DNA from: Octopus sinensis
Lineage: Eukaryota
Direction: 5' to 3'
Assembly: GCF_006345805.1 (NCBI RefSeq)
Contig: NC_043000.1
Coordinates: 23,002,001-23,066,000 of the forward strand
Length of the DNA: 64,000 nucleotides
Position 1 is the stretch's first letter. Every line of letters begins with the position of its first letter. The position numbers and the translations under genes were made by a program. The notes under the pieces were generated by a model. It was not told the origin of the DNA. It saw only the letters and a list, made by a program, of their open reading frames with translations, and did not search any database. Shown piece by piece: positions 12,750 through 24,311 of this stretch.

Positions 12750-15336
12750 TCGAAGGCGCGTCAACCGTAACCATCCGATCTTTTTTTTTTTGTATAGAAC
12801 TTTATAATTAACGTGTCCTTTTAAAAAGAAATACATTACAATTTGAGGAATATTGTTATTTCTAGCAAGCTACATGACCGTATTGAAGTTCCTTTTATAG
12901 CAAAAAATTATTGTATGGCAATTAGTAAAAAAATAAAATAAAATAAAACGTGACATAAACAAGTGATGTAAAAATTCTTTAAATATTTTATTCAAGTCAA
13001 AGAATGATATCTATTATATCAAATAACTGTTTACATATATTGTGTATAGAAACTGATTTGACATTTGTATTTTAAGTATACTTTTCTGACATTTCTTACA
13101 CAAATCGTATCTTTTCTACTTTTATTTATATATTTTTTTAGACTAAAAGTTACAACTGCATTCTTTTAAAGGAACTAATTGAAATAACATTTCAGTAATA
13201 AAGCCAAAATTTATACATACTAAGAATTTATTATCAATATTTCTTTTTTCTACTCTAGGCACAAGGCCCGAAATTTTGGGGGAGGGGGCCAGTCGAGTAG
13301 ATCGACCCCTGTACACAACTGGTACTCAATTCATCGACCCCCAAAAGGATGAAAAACAAAGTCGATCTGGGCAGAATTCGAACTTAAAGTAAAGACAGAC
13401 GAAATACCTATTTCTTTACTACCCACAAGGGGCTAAACACAGAGAGGACAAACAAGGACAGACAAACGGATTAAGTCGATTATGTCGACCTCAGTGCGTA
13501 ACTGGTACTTATTTAATCGACCCCGAAAGGATGAAAGGCAAAGTCGACCTCAGCGGTATTTGAACTCAGAACGTAACGGCAGACGAAATACTGCTAAGCA
13601 TTTCGCCGCCTTATCAATAACTTTTATTGAAATAAAACTTGCCCTGTGGTCCTCTGAATTAATATATTAAACTATCGTCCACCTGCTCTTGTAAGCCAAT
13701 AAAATTACTCTAAATGTGATTTTACTGAATATTAAAGCAATGAGAAAAAGTTTGCGCTAAATTCCCAAATAAATAATAACAAAAGAACTTCGCTGCTATA
13801 TTTCTTTTATCATAATTCCATTCGCATCCAGGATTTATTTTCTTTTTACAGAACACATTTTTTATTTACTAGTCACAGTCACCTTTCTAATTAGTGGTTG
13901 CCGAGGTGGAGAGAGAGTCGTACTTAGTAGTAAACCAAATGTAAATAGAGTGTTTTTAACTATATTGCGCCATTAGAGATTGAGAATGAAGTTGATTTGG
14001 CTGCTAGCATCATTATCAATTTTGAAATGCTCAAGGCCAAACCAACTAGATCCTCAAACTATCAACGTGTCCTTCCTTTAAGAAGAGTGCCATCTGCAAA
14101 AAATTTGGCTGCTATTCTTGTATTTTCCGTGGGCCGAGAGTACACGCCTATGTTGTTAAGCATGCGATTAAATCGGGTTTTTCGGTTTGCGTCATGTTTA
14201 CCGTGGCTCTTAAATGACAGTGTTGTATGTAACTATACATATAACAGTCCTAGTTTTTGACCGACCTTTTAGTTGAGATTAGTTTTGTAAATTGCTTCCT
14301 ATTCGAAGAGTCCTAAATATTTTGGTTTAGCTTTGAGTTATGCAATAAAAGGTCGTCGACTGCAGAAGTTCTACTTTCTGACCGAGTTCCATTTGAGATG
14401 AGTTGTTTTGTAAATATACGCAGTTTACAATTATGGTTAAATAGACAAAGGCAATAAAAATAAAAACCAAAAGAAAAAGAAATTAAATAGGGAAGGATGG
14501 AAAATGAAGTGCAAATATTTTCATCAATTTGAATTTACATAAAACAGAATTGTATCCTACATTTTGCAGATCCACCAGGCCTGTATTCAGAGGTCCCACG
14601 TATGTAGCCCAAAGTCGTAGTTTTCATATTAATAAATAAATACTGCAGACCCTGTTGCATTGCCTTGCCCCAGGACCTATAAAGGTGTTAAGACGACCCT
14701 GTTTATATCAGCTAATAACTTATCAGTCGCTTCACCTAGAAATTATATCCTTATATCTTAAGGACAAAACATTAAACTATGTGGTTCTGGACGCAAAATA
14801 GTTAGAAAAAAGAAACGAGAGCAATGACCTGAAAGTCATCGATCTCAGGTTTGATCAATCAGCAATGACCTAGGTCAACGCAACAAGGACACAGGTTGGT
14901 CGTAGAGAAAAATGGGGTTTTCTAAGAAGGGCCTAAGCGAAATAGCATTAACTAAAAACTATCAACCAAGAATTTACTACTATCCCGAGTACTGGAATTC
15001 CAAGAGACTACGAGGAAAATAGTATGTCGAAAGTTGATGTCTTTATACAACTGCGACTTTGAAAGACTTCTATGTTTTTTTAAGTTGTTTAGTCATTTTG
15101 AGAACTATATTGTATTTTATAACTAATATTAGAATATTCGTCTTTGTTCACTATTAATAGTATTGTTCGGTTTTTTATTAAGAATCGAAAAAGAGAAACA
15201 GAACTAAAAGTATGATAAAATTAAATTGAACTAAAAGCGTCTGGCAGTTTGTATTGATTTTGGAAATATAGAAAAGTAAAAATTAGCTTAATCTATTTAT
15301 TTATAATTCCATTCCCATATCCAAGATGAATTATAG

Positions 15337-15383
<47 letters not shown>

Positions 15384-15597
15384 ATATATATTGACGTTCG
15401 GACTTGACTCGTATTATTGTTTTATCAACGTCGGGTAGATGAAAAATAAAGCTGACTTCGGCGGGATTTGAACTTAAAAGGTAACAAAATGCTAAAAAGC
15501 ATGATTATACAAAGCTCTGTTAAGAAGCTAGTACCATATGGGAATTTTGGTAATATAAATACATTGTTACACAAGCAAAAAAAAACAGCGAAAAACA

Positions 15598-15855
15598 GAT
15601 AGACAGATATAGAAGCAGAAAGACAGACAGATAGAAGAGCAGACAGAAAGAAAGAAAGACAGACAGATAGATAGATAGAAAGACAGGCAGACATGCGGAT
15701 AGATGGGAAAATAGACAGACAGATAGATGGATAGACAGACAGAAAGATAGATGGATAGACAGACAGACAGATAGATGGATAGACAGACAGACAGATAGAT
15801 GGATAGACAGACAGACACATAAATGGATAAATAGACAGACAGACAGATAGATAGT
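15598..15855. repeat. Compound (GATA)/(GACA)/(GATG) tetranucleotide microsatellite
   Basis: Read directly; it has a higher-order unit of about 24 bp. Confidence 0.95.
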
Positions 15856-17240
15856 CAGTATTTTGACTACTGTACATAACAAAAGCGACACTATTTTGTG
15901 AATGAAATCTGGTAGTGACAAACTATGTAGAATCCAGACTTTTGATAATCATTAACTGCGTTTCATGGTTCTATGCAAAAAGCGAAAACAGTCCGATACA
16001 TTTTGGTACCAAGAAATCAGTTTATTCGGCGGTCGAAGGAAGATTTCGTTGGTTTATTATTATTTTATTAAACACTTATTTTTTTTTTTCAGGAAATTTG
16101 GCAAGGTGGATTCACGATTTTCAATATTAGTTAATCTTTTACTGTGTCTGGGGAGAGTCATTTCCTTTTTGTGCCTTATTATGTAACACACTCACCGGTA
16201 AAATTTCCACGTTTTTCTTAATTTTATTGTCCTAAAATTTTCGTTGCGTCTTGCAACCTTTTCAATAGTTTACGTTTTACCTTTTAAAAGTAAAAGGGGC
16301 GTACTTCGACCCTAAAGATATCGCAAACAGCTTCAGATTTTTTTTTTTTTCGGAGTTTCAACCCATACAAGAAGGTATTTGTGTATTGTCATGACATGCC
16401 ATTGCAACAATCTCAAAAGTATCTTGGAGTTATTTGGAGATGCTCAAAATTAAAGTAGTCTCTAAGATGCGTTTACGTTGCCCCTTAAACACAACTGTCT
16501 ATAAAGGAATTGTGAATCCCCTAACCTTAGTTTAAGCTGCTGTGTTTGTAAACATTATTTCGACGATTATACATCCAGCTACGACAGAGCCAAATAGGTA
16601 ACTGGCTGATCCCTAACTTCCACAAGTTGGATCCCATGCTTCCCTGGTTCCCTCGCTTAGAATGGACGTTTATCTAAACACCACTGTCTAGAAAAAAACG
16701 GTAAATCCCTTAATACTAATCAGTTTCTGACTAAAACGAAAATTCCCCATTTTATCTTGAATAATCTGTCTTGATTTTACTAAAGAAAATTAACCGAAAA
16801 ATTTAAACACAGCTATGTTAAGAAGTTCAGTACATCTGGTTAGACTTTTGGTATCAGTAGAACATTTGGGTTTAAAGAACACAAAAGTTGGACTGAAACA
16901 GAAAGTCGATCACACATGTTCACACACACTGACGGCTTTAAACAAAACAGCGCCAAAACAAAACAAAAAACATTTTACTGGCCACCAAACAGACTATTTA
17001 GATATCTTGCATGGTTTTTGCATCTCACTAGAAACTGTTCCACTTCTAAATATTCTAATGAGTTCAATAAATTAAATTAATATAGTGATGCTAATTACCG
17101 GTAAAAATTGACCTTAAGTGTTTTAAGAAACACATGGATCCGAGACAAGACCTTTTGATTTCAAATTTCATAGCTGTTAGAAACAAACTACAGATAGATA
17201 GATAAATAAATACGTTAACAAGAAAAGGTATATTACTAAC

Positions 17241-17498
17241 TTTGTCGAATTTGCCAAGGAAAAGGTTTTTCACGAAGGGTTCCGGAGAAGGGACCTGTTC
17301 TCCTGAGGTCGGAGAGACTTGGGAGTTTTCATAATTCTGCTTTAGAAGTGTTGACGACGAAGCTGAAGATGATGTTGCTGAAAGGAGTCGTTGTAAATTA
17401 GGAATTTGAAAGATCTTCTGAGTACTGCTTTTCTGTAAGAATTGAGTACCTATTCGATACGTAAGAGGTCGAACACCGCCGTAAGCAATTAAGGACAT
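17241..17498 (-). CDS. ACAD9: ACAD9-like mitochondrial acyl-CoA dehydrogenase, coding exon 1 (MSLIAYGG...EPFVKNLFLGKFDK)
   Basis: ATG at 17498. The N-terminus is Arg/Ser/Thr-rich and acid-poor, like a mitochondrial presequence. FVKNLFLGK resembles the ACAD9 N-terminus. Donor GTTAGT at 17240, phase 0. Confidence 0.88.
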
Positions 17499-17995
17499 GG
17501 CTTTTGCAGAAGCGGACTCAGTCGTGTGTAGCAGACAACAAGCGAATGAACTGTTACAAAACATGGACACAGTTTCGTATATAATTAGTTCGCAACAAGC
17601 ACAGTTTGTAACAAGCACAAATCACAAAAGAAAGAAGCTAAATATATTTTATTTATCGCATTATTTTAAATAAGATTTATTTTAAAGGCTATCTTTCACT
17701 ATTATATTAATTTTCAAATGAAATATTCTTGAGTTTTTGCTTCTTTGTTCGTGGATCTATTTTCTTTAGTTCATTATAGATTACTGCGCAGAAACTTCGA
17801 TTTATTCCAATAACTTTTAGTGATTTATGACGAGAAGGCTATGCTTGGTAGAATCAGTAGAATGCGAGACAACACATCTTGCTCTCTTTAGTTATATCCC
17901 TCTAAGGCTCTGCATACAAATTTCACTGGGGTCGATTTGTCTTTGACCCCCTCCACTGTAGGTGAAATAATTGCGGTTATATGCTAGATTGATTA

Positions 17996-18045
<50 letters not shown>

Positions 18046-18228
18046 ATCTATCTATCGATCTTTCTTTCTTTCTTTCTTTCTCCTGTTTCTTTGAACTGAA
18101 GTTAAAAATTCCTTGGATGCAGTTATATAAAATAAATATATATATATCATTTTATAAAAACATTTAAAACTTTTCTTCAACTTTCTATCTCTTTGATTTC
18201 GTTTGATCACTCAAATTAGATGATGATG

Positions 18229-18260
<32 letters not shown>

Positions 18261-18447
18261 TAATTCTTTTTATTGGCCACAAGGGCTGACACACATGATT
18301 AGTAAACATAAAGGGACAAAACAAGACGAAAGGTTACAAAGGGTTTTTATAATAATAATAATAGTAATTAATTCTTTTATTATAATAATAATAATAAGAA
18401 GAAGAAGAATAACGATGCTATACCAGACAGTGGGTCTCATGGCTTCT

Positions 18448-18691
18448 ATGTACTACTTAAGAAGTACTCGCGCATCCGCGCTAGCTAGTCGTGACTAGTC
18501 GATCCTTACTTTGTGTTTTTGTGTTTTATTTACTTTGTTTTAAAAAATTATTTACTTTGTGTAAAAAAATTATTTTGTCTTTTCTTTACTTTGCTAGGTT
18601 GTCGTTTTAGGATTGACTAGTCACGACTAGCTAGCGCGGATGCGCGAGTACGCGAGTGCGTGCACCGGGACCACTCTTCTTAAGTAGTACC
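18448..18691. mobile_element. GC-rich palindromic MITE
   Basis: 43-bp inverted repeat at 18464-18506 and 18609-18651 (1 mismatch), plus an outer inverted repeat GTACTACTTAAGAAG at 18450-18464 and 18676-18690. GGCTTCT is duplicated on both flanks. Confidence 0.75.
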
Positions 18692-18748
18692 GGCTTCTGA
18701 TCTTAACTGATTGGAAGTGTTATCATGTACATTGTTTTGTTTTGATAT

Positions 18749-18990
18749 TGTGGTGTGTGCAAGAGATTCGATATAAAGGCGTGGTTGGAGACCTCAGATG
18801 GAGACCCTTCGACACAGCCCGACCCGAACGCTAGAGATAGCAGCTGCTTCACCCAACCTTAACAACGTGACTCACCCGTCTTAACCCCTCGACGACCTGA
18901 CTTGAAAAAAAGGCAGAAATCCCCGCTCGCTGCGCGCGCGTCCCGGCTGCCCCTTCCGGTCAGCTCCCCAGCTGCTGACGTCATCCCACA
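18749..18990 (-). repeat. 3' LTR (242 bp)
   Basis: Direct repeat of 22564-22826, preceded on the minus strand by the purine-rich AAGATCAGGGTGGCG (putative PPT). Confidence 0.95.
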
Positions 18991-19021
18991 CGCCACCCTG
19001 ATCTTAAAGATCACAATCTCT

Positions 19022-21790
19022 CTACTCCATGTCGTAGTCCACCATCCAACCGGGAGGGCGCCTTACGCGTCGAGATCTTCTCAAGCTGGGCACCTCGTTC
19101 TCCCCCTCTCCACAATCGTCGTCCGTCGAAGCGACAATCCTGCGAAGGTCCAAGACGTGTCGCGGCATTCCATCCACGGAGACATTGTTTCTGGAATTGA
19201 CCGCCGTCACCGTTCCTCTGCGCCATTGAGACGTACAGCGCGCCTTTGGTGGCTTAACCCAGACTTCCTCCCCTATTTTCACGCAAACGGGTCCCTTCTC
19301 TTCCTCGTGGCCCTCCGGCGCTTTGCTCGGGTGCCTCCATTCATATTTAAATACAGCTCTCTGCGGCACAGATTCCTCAGCTTGTCCGGATCGGGGAGAC
19401 AAGTTGTACCAAAAAACTGCTTCAAGCGGCGAAATGTGCCCTCTTTCCGCTATGGCCTTGACTGTCCGATGGTGCCTCTCGACGATCCCGTTACCGCTCG
19501 GCCTATACGCTGCTCTGAACAAGCGACGCACCTTCCACCGATCAAGCATAACCCTCAATGCTTCCGAACGAAACGCCGCCCCATTGTCCATCAGCAGTTC
19601 TTCCACGGGACCTCTCTCTAAAAAATCCCGTTCAAGATATGCGCGATCTCGTCAGCAGTGCCCGTTCTCAACTCCATCCAAATGGCCCGCAATCGACCAT
19701 GGAGAGATACATTCCCTGATGGTAGTGCGTCACATCCACAGCTAGCCTTTTCCAGTTGTGCCCCACCGAAAGGCTTCCCTGTTCATGCCCACACGGAGCA
19801 GGGTCGATGGACTGACACCTGTTGCAGCTCCCGACCACTTTCCGGATGCTTCTCCTAGTGACGTCAGCATCAATTTTCTTCGCCAGATACAGGGTCCTGT
19901 CCACACCCAGGTGATGCATAGCATGCAGTCTCTTCAGTTCAGAGTCATCCAACCGACACGCCGCAGCTATCCCTTTCCGGGCCTCCTCCGGTTCTTCCAA
20001 CCACGCTCTTTTCACCCTGGTCAGTGCGTCCGCCCTGTTTTTCTCCGAAGGCACGAAAACCACATTCAGCTTCAGTCCGAACTCGGCGATCAATTCACCT
20101 AGAACTCCTAGACGGCGCTTCACTAACATCTCCGAGGCACCTTTCGTCCGTACTCTCCTTTCACCGGTGATCGCCGATCCTACCCAGCCAAGCACAATGG
20201 CCGAATCCGTCCGGATTTCAATTGTGCGCAGCCCCCATTTCAGGGCCAAGTTCACCCCTTTCAGCACCGCGTCTAATTCGGCGACATTGATGTGGTTGAA
20301 GTCATCTGCTTTCCGAAGCCAGGCCGCGTCCTCCACCGCAGCGCCTTCGATTGCCAACACAACCCCTATCGCTATACTGTTAGCATCACACCAGACAGTC
20401 CCGTATTCCATCTTGGGCACGTACCAGTTCCCCCTGACCGGATCTTCCGCTCTCGTCCTCTCTAGGATTTCCTGCATCATCGCCACCGTCCCTTCTCCCA
20501 CCTTGTCGCCCCAACTCTCCCCCCTCCGTTCGTCTCTTGGTGTAACTGCACGCTGTGCGTAGCCATCCAGCGATCGGGTAGTGACCGACTAACTTCCCAC
20601 ACACCGAGAACAGCTCTCCCTGCTGACGCTGGAACTCAGCTCTGGGATTTCATTCCCTCTCCGGAACACCAATTCACCCGATCTATCTCTTCGCAGCTTC
20701 AGCCCCAGCGCGGCTCCCCCTTCCATCGACTCCGGTGGCTTTGCAATCAGTCCGAACTTCTCCAGATGTCTAACTACCTCGTTGGCTGGCACTACAGTTT
20801 CGTCCACCAAAATGTCGTCAGTGTAGGAGCTGGTGGCCTTTCTAATCTTGCCGTCTTTCCCTAGGACGAACTTAAGCACTGCCGCCATGATCTTCGGAGC
20901 GGAATTCAGCCCGAAACCCAGCCTGGTTAAACAGTACGTCCAGCCTTTGTACCGCACCAGCTGATATCGCCACAGTTTGTCGCTCACATGGAGCTGCATG
21001 TATGCCGATTTCAAGTCGACAATTGTCGCTGCCTCGGTCGACTGTCTCCACGCACGTAACGTCTCGCCACAAACCTCTGTCGCCTCACCTCCCGTGTGAC
21101 ACGATATATGCTGGTTTGGCTCTCTGAAGTCCAGCACCGGTCTGACTTTTCCCTTCGTAGGCTGCACCACCGCCATCAGGGGCAGCACTCCGCCCGCTAC
21201 CTCCTCCTTCTAAGGGACAAGGACCCCTTCCTCGACCCACCTTTCCACCTCGTCTTCAGACTCAACCCTGGCGTGGCCTTTCAGAGTATGCTGGTAACAG
21301 CTCACTCTGTTTTTCACAGCATCGGGGGATCGTCCTTCCATCGCCACTCTATCGTCCACCGCTGACCATCGAACGCCGCCTGGAAGTCTTTGTTCTCGAT
21401 GGTGTAAGCGGCGCAGTCCCTCGCGGGGCTCTGCTCTCTCTGGCGATCCTGACTCGCAGTGCACGACGCCCCCACGCTTCCGAACGTGACCTCATTTCCC
21501 ACAACACTGACGCCACCGAGACGGTTGATGGCGTCCATCCCCATCACCACATCAACCCCATCTATCACGCGTTCAGCCACAATTACCTGCAGCCTTAGCG
21601 CCGCGCACCACTATCTCTACCTTGCTGCTGCCTCTGCAACGGACTTCGCTGCCGTCGACCGCCCGGACGCTACTTGCCCCGTTCCATTTCTTCGTCACCC
21701 TTGAAGTCACAAGGGTGGTCGTACAGCCCGTATCCACGAGGGCCTTGAACGTCTTCCCCTCGGCCTCCACGTCAATTAATGGCAGCATCT
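19022..21790 (-). pseudogene. Frameshifted pol: aspartic protease, reverse transcriptase, RNase H, integrase
   Basis: LVDTGC (PR). VRPVLDFR, VDLKSAY, LGFGLNSAP and SYTDD (RT). CDANS and AELDAV (RH). HHLGVDRT...CNRC, VDVT, DNG and ERHHRT (IN). The domains are split over at least five ORFs. Confidence 0.9.
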
Positions 21791-21802
21791 CCAATAGCGC
21801 CT

Positions 21803-22528
21803 CTACTCGTTTGCGGGGAAAGTTCGAGAGGCAGCAACTTCCCCGCGGTCGTTTCCCTGGTCGCAAACGGGCCCCGGTTGCGTACAGTCCCGCGCCATGT
21901 GCGACCCCTGACATTTAAAACACCGACCTGAGAACGGCCGCTGTCGTTGCATGGTAGGCTTCTGTACGTCTTTCTCCGGTCGTCGTCCGTCTTTACGCAC
22001 CTCCGTCACCGCCATCGCTATCGCCTTCCGCCCAAAGTATCGCGTCAACACGCGGGCTTGTGTCACAAGTTCGCTCAGCGCCATCTTTTTAATCCCGGGC
22101 AATCGTTGTAGGTGAATCCCTACATCGTCGGGGAACCCATTTACAAACGCCAGGCGCGCTGCTCTCTCCAGCCCTTCTCCTGTAAACCCAGCCAACGTCG
22201 CTAACCTTCTAACTTCTGCCGCGTACTCGTCCACCTGTCCTCCTGTCCATCTGATCGTACCCAGCTTAGCAAAAGCTGTGTATTCACACTCTGTGTAGGC
22301 ATCCCGCAAACGTTGCTCAATCTTTTCCTCGCTCAGGCGTTCCTCCTCCTCCATCTCAAGATATAGCGTCAACGCACTCCCTTCTAAATACAGCGCCATA
22401 AGACTTGCCACATCGCTTATACCTTGCAGTCTTGCCACCAGCCTGATTTTACGAATCCAGGACATTACATCGCCTTCACCATTAAAGGGTCTGATGATGT
22501 CGCTGGCGATCCTGATTTTCGCTGCCAT
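21803..22528 (-). CDS. Retrotransposon Gag (241 aa) with C-x2-C-x3-H-x4-C knuckle
   Basis: Open ORF directly after the PBS, containing CFKCQGSHMARDC. Confidence 0.85.
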   Translation of the reverse strand: MAAKIRIASDIIRPFNGEGDVMSWIRKIRLVARLQGISDVASLMALYLEGSALTLYLEMEEEERLSEEKIEQRLRDAYTECEYTAFAKLGTIRWTGGQVDEYAAEVRRLATLAGFTGEGLERAARLAFVNGFPDDVGIHLQRLPGIKKMALSELVTQARVLTRYFGRKAIAMAVTEVRKDGRRPEKDVQKPTMQRQRPFSGRCFKCQGSHMARDCTQPGPVCDQGNDRGEVAASRTFPANE

Positions 22529-22551
22529 CGTGGCGACGACTTATACGGAGC

Positions 22552-22563
22552 GCCGAAATAGCT
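22552..22563 (-). promoter_or_regulatory. Putative primer-binding site AGCTATTTCGGC, complementary to nt 1-12 of metazoan tRNA-Phe(GAA)
   Basis: Directly abuts the 5' LTR. The plus strand reads GCCGAAATAGCT, the conserved 5' end of cytosolic tRNA-Phe (recalled sequence). Confidence 0.65.
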
Positions 22564-22826
22564 TGTGGTGTGTGCGAGAGATTCGAAATAAAGGCACCTA
22601 CCTTCTCTTCGCTCTGATGGAGACCCTTCAACGGTAACGGAGCCTTCGACACAGCCCGACCCGAACGCTAGAGATAGCAGCTGCTTCACCCAACCTTAAC
22701 AACGTGAATCACCCGTCTTAGCCCCTCGACGACCTGACTTGAAAAAAAGGCAGAAATCCCCGCTCGCTGCGCGCGCGTCCGGCTGCCTCTTCCGGTCAGC
22801 TCCCCAGCTGCTGACATCATCCCACA
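22564..22826 (-). repeat. 5' LTR (263 bp)
   Basis: Direct repeat of 18749-18990 with TG...CA ends. Confidence 0.95.
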
Positions 22827-23015
22827 GATATAAAAGATGGGCTACAGTAAATATTCTGCTCAATACCACAGATTTGCTTATCAATTGTTTGACCATAACC
22901 AGTTGAGCATGTACCTTGGTGGTTGACGATATGCGCATCTCTGATCACGAGCAGAAATAGTGGAGGAGTATCGTAGTCATGTGTTGAGAGGAATTCTTTG
23001 GGGTTTGAATAATTC

Positions 23016-23108
23016 GAGTGTAGGACAAAGGCCCCCTTGGACAAAAGCCCCACAGACAAAAGTTCCTCGAACAAAAGCCCCACGGTTATATTTTTCGGTT
23101 ATTTTTTG

Positions 23109-23139
<31 letters not shown>

Positions 23140-23988
23140 CACCTTTTACTTGTTTCTGTCATTAGACTGTGGCCAAGCTGTGGCATCGCCTTGAAGAATT
23201 TTTAGTTGAACGTATCGACGCTAGATTTTTTTGTTTGTTTTAACTTGTTGCAGTTATTAGACTGCGGCCGTGCTGAGGCACCGCCTTGAAGAATTTTTAG
23301 TCGCAGAAAAATCAGCATTTTAAAATTTCAATTTAGTGCTTTTTGTTTTCTTCTCTCAACACTTGCAGATTAACGAGAATGAGCTGACCTTTTGAACTTC
23401 CTTCGGCCGCTGAAGGTCTAACAGAATTATAGCGCCGAAGGCTAGTCATTGAAACGAACTTCTTATCGTTTTTATGTTTCTACACACTCCTTAAAGTAAA
23501 TGCTTTCCCTTTTGTTAGAATTCAGACAATATGTACATTGAATAGTAAGGAGTCTTGTGTTCTGTTATTCTATTCTACTTATCTATTTTCGATTGAATAT
23601 ATTTTGTTTACTTGAAAATTGGAATTTTGGAAAATAAAAATTTCTTTTTACAACCGCGATGTCCGTTTTTGTTTACGTGAAATTATAAAAACAAATTTTT
23701 AAGATTTTGTTGTTATTTCTAGTATGTGGAGAGACCTTCTAGGCTTAACTTCATGTGCTGGTTGAAAATCATGAAAAAAATTCTGGGGTCGATACATTCG
23801 ACTAAAAATTCCCCAAGGTGGTGCCCCAGCATGGCCACAGTCTAATGACTGCAACAAATAAAAAGAAGGGAAAAAAACGAAAAAGTAACCGAAAAATATA
23901 ACTGTGGGGCTTTTGTCCGGGGCGCTTTGGTCCACTTACACACTTTGATCATGGGGCTTTTGTCCTAGGAGGCTTTTGTCCGGATCCC
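23016..23988. mobile_element. Non-autonomous Mutator/Foldback-type element
   Basis: 9-bp TSD GAATAATTC (23007-23015 and 23989-23997). Imperfect G-terminal TIRs built of tandem GGACAAAAGCCCC units. Confidence 0.8.
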
Positions 23989-24279
23989 GAATAATTCACC
24001 TCTGGAAATATGGGTGTTTCGTTCATCATCCTTAAACAAACTTTATTCAGGGACCTTTTGAGCGGGATGGGCTACTCAACATGAAGAAAATTCTAACTAG
24101 ATACCACCTGCAAGGTCATGTACTGTTCATTTTGATATAAGATCACCATGTTGCGCACATGTGGTTGTAATGCATGTGCCTGGTGTATCCTTATCAGAAG
24201 GCTAGTCATGATGCGTATATTGGGCTTTGTATAATTGTACCCCAGTGTCACTTTGATGGCATGTACTGCTCTCTCACTC

Positions 24280-24310
<31 letters not shown>

Positions 24311-24311
<1 letters not shown>

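Larger units (their letters stand above)
18749..22826 (-). mobile_element. Gypsy-type LTR retrotransposon, full length (4078 bp), pol frameshifted
   Basis: Two LTRs with TGTGG...CCACA termini and a 5-bp TSD GATAT (18744-18748 and 22827-22831). Domain order gag-PR-RT-RH-IN. Confidence 0.95.
18411..24290 (+). repeat. Interrupted host repeat bounded by (AAT)n tracts, probably the 3' UTR of an AAT-targeting LINE
   Basis: Removing the MITE, LTR element and MULE rejoins one continuous sequence at each TSD. It starts and ends in AAT microsatellite. Confidence 0.55.

Noticed and set aside
15425-15921. Long overlapping ORFs (150, 133 and 83 aa)
   Set aside because: They are translations of the GATA/GACA microsatellite; low complexity with no splice or homology support.
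17499-17618. N-terminal extension of ACAD9 from the upstream TTG start in the ORF track
   Set aside because: It is a non-ATG start. The ATG at 17498 gives a typical presequence and an ACAD9-like length.
18902-19745. Plus-strand ORFs of 239 and 140 aa
   Set aside because: They are antisense shadows of the GC-rich integrase/LTR region with no recognisable domain.
21790-21914. Programmed -1 frameshift signal between gag and pol
   Set aside because: The frames differ, but no canonical slippery heptamer is evident and pol has several other frameshifts, so programmed and mutational shifts cannot be separated.
22545-22826. Tf1-like self-priming of the LTR element
   Set aside because: No segment of the LTR is complementary to the PBS by eye; the tRNA-Phe 5' match is better.
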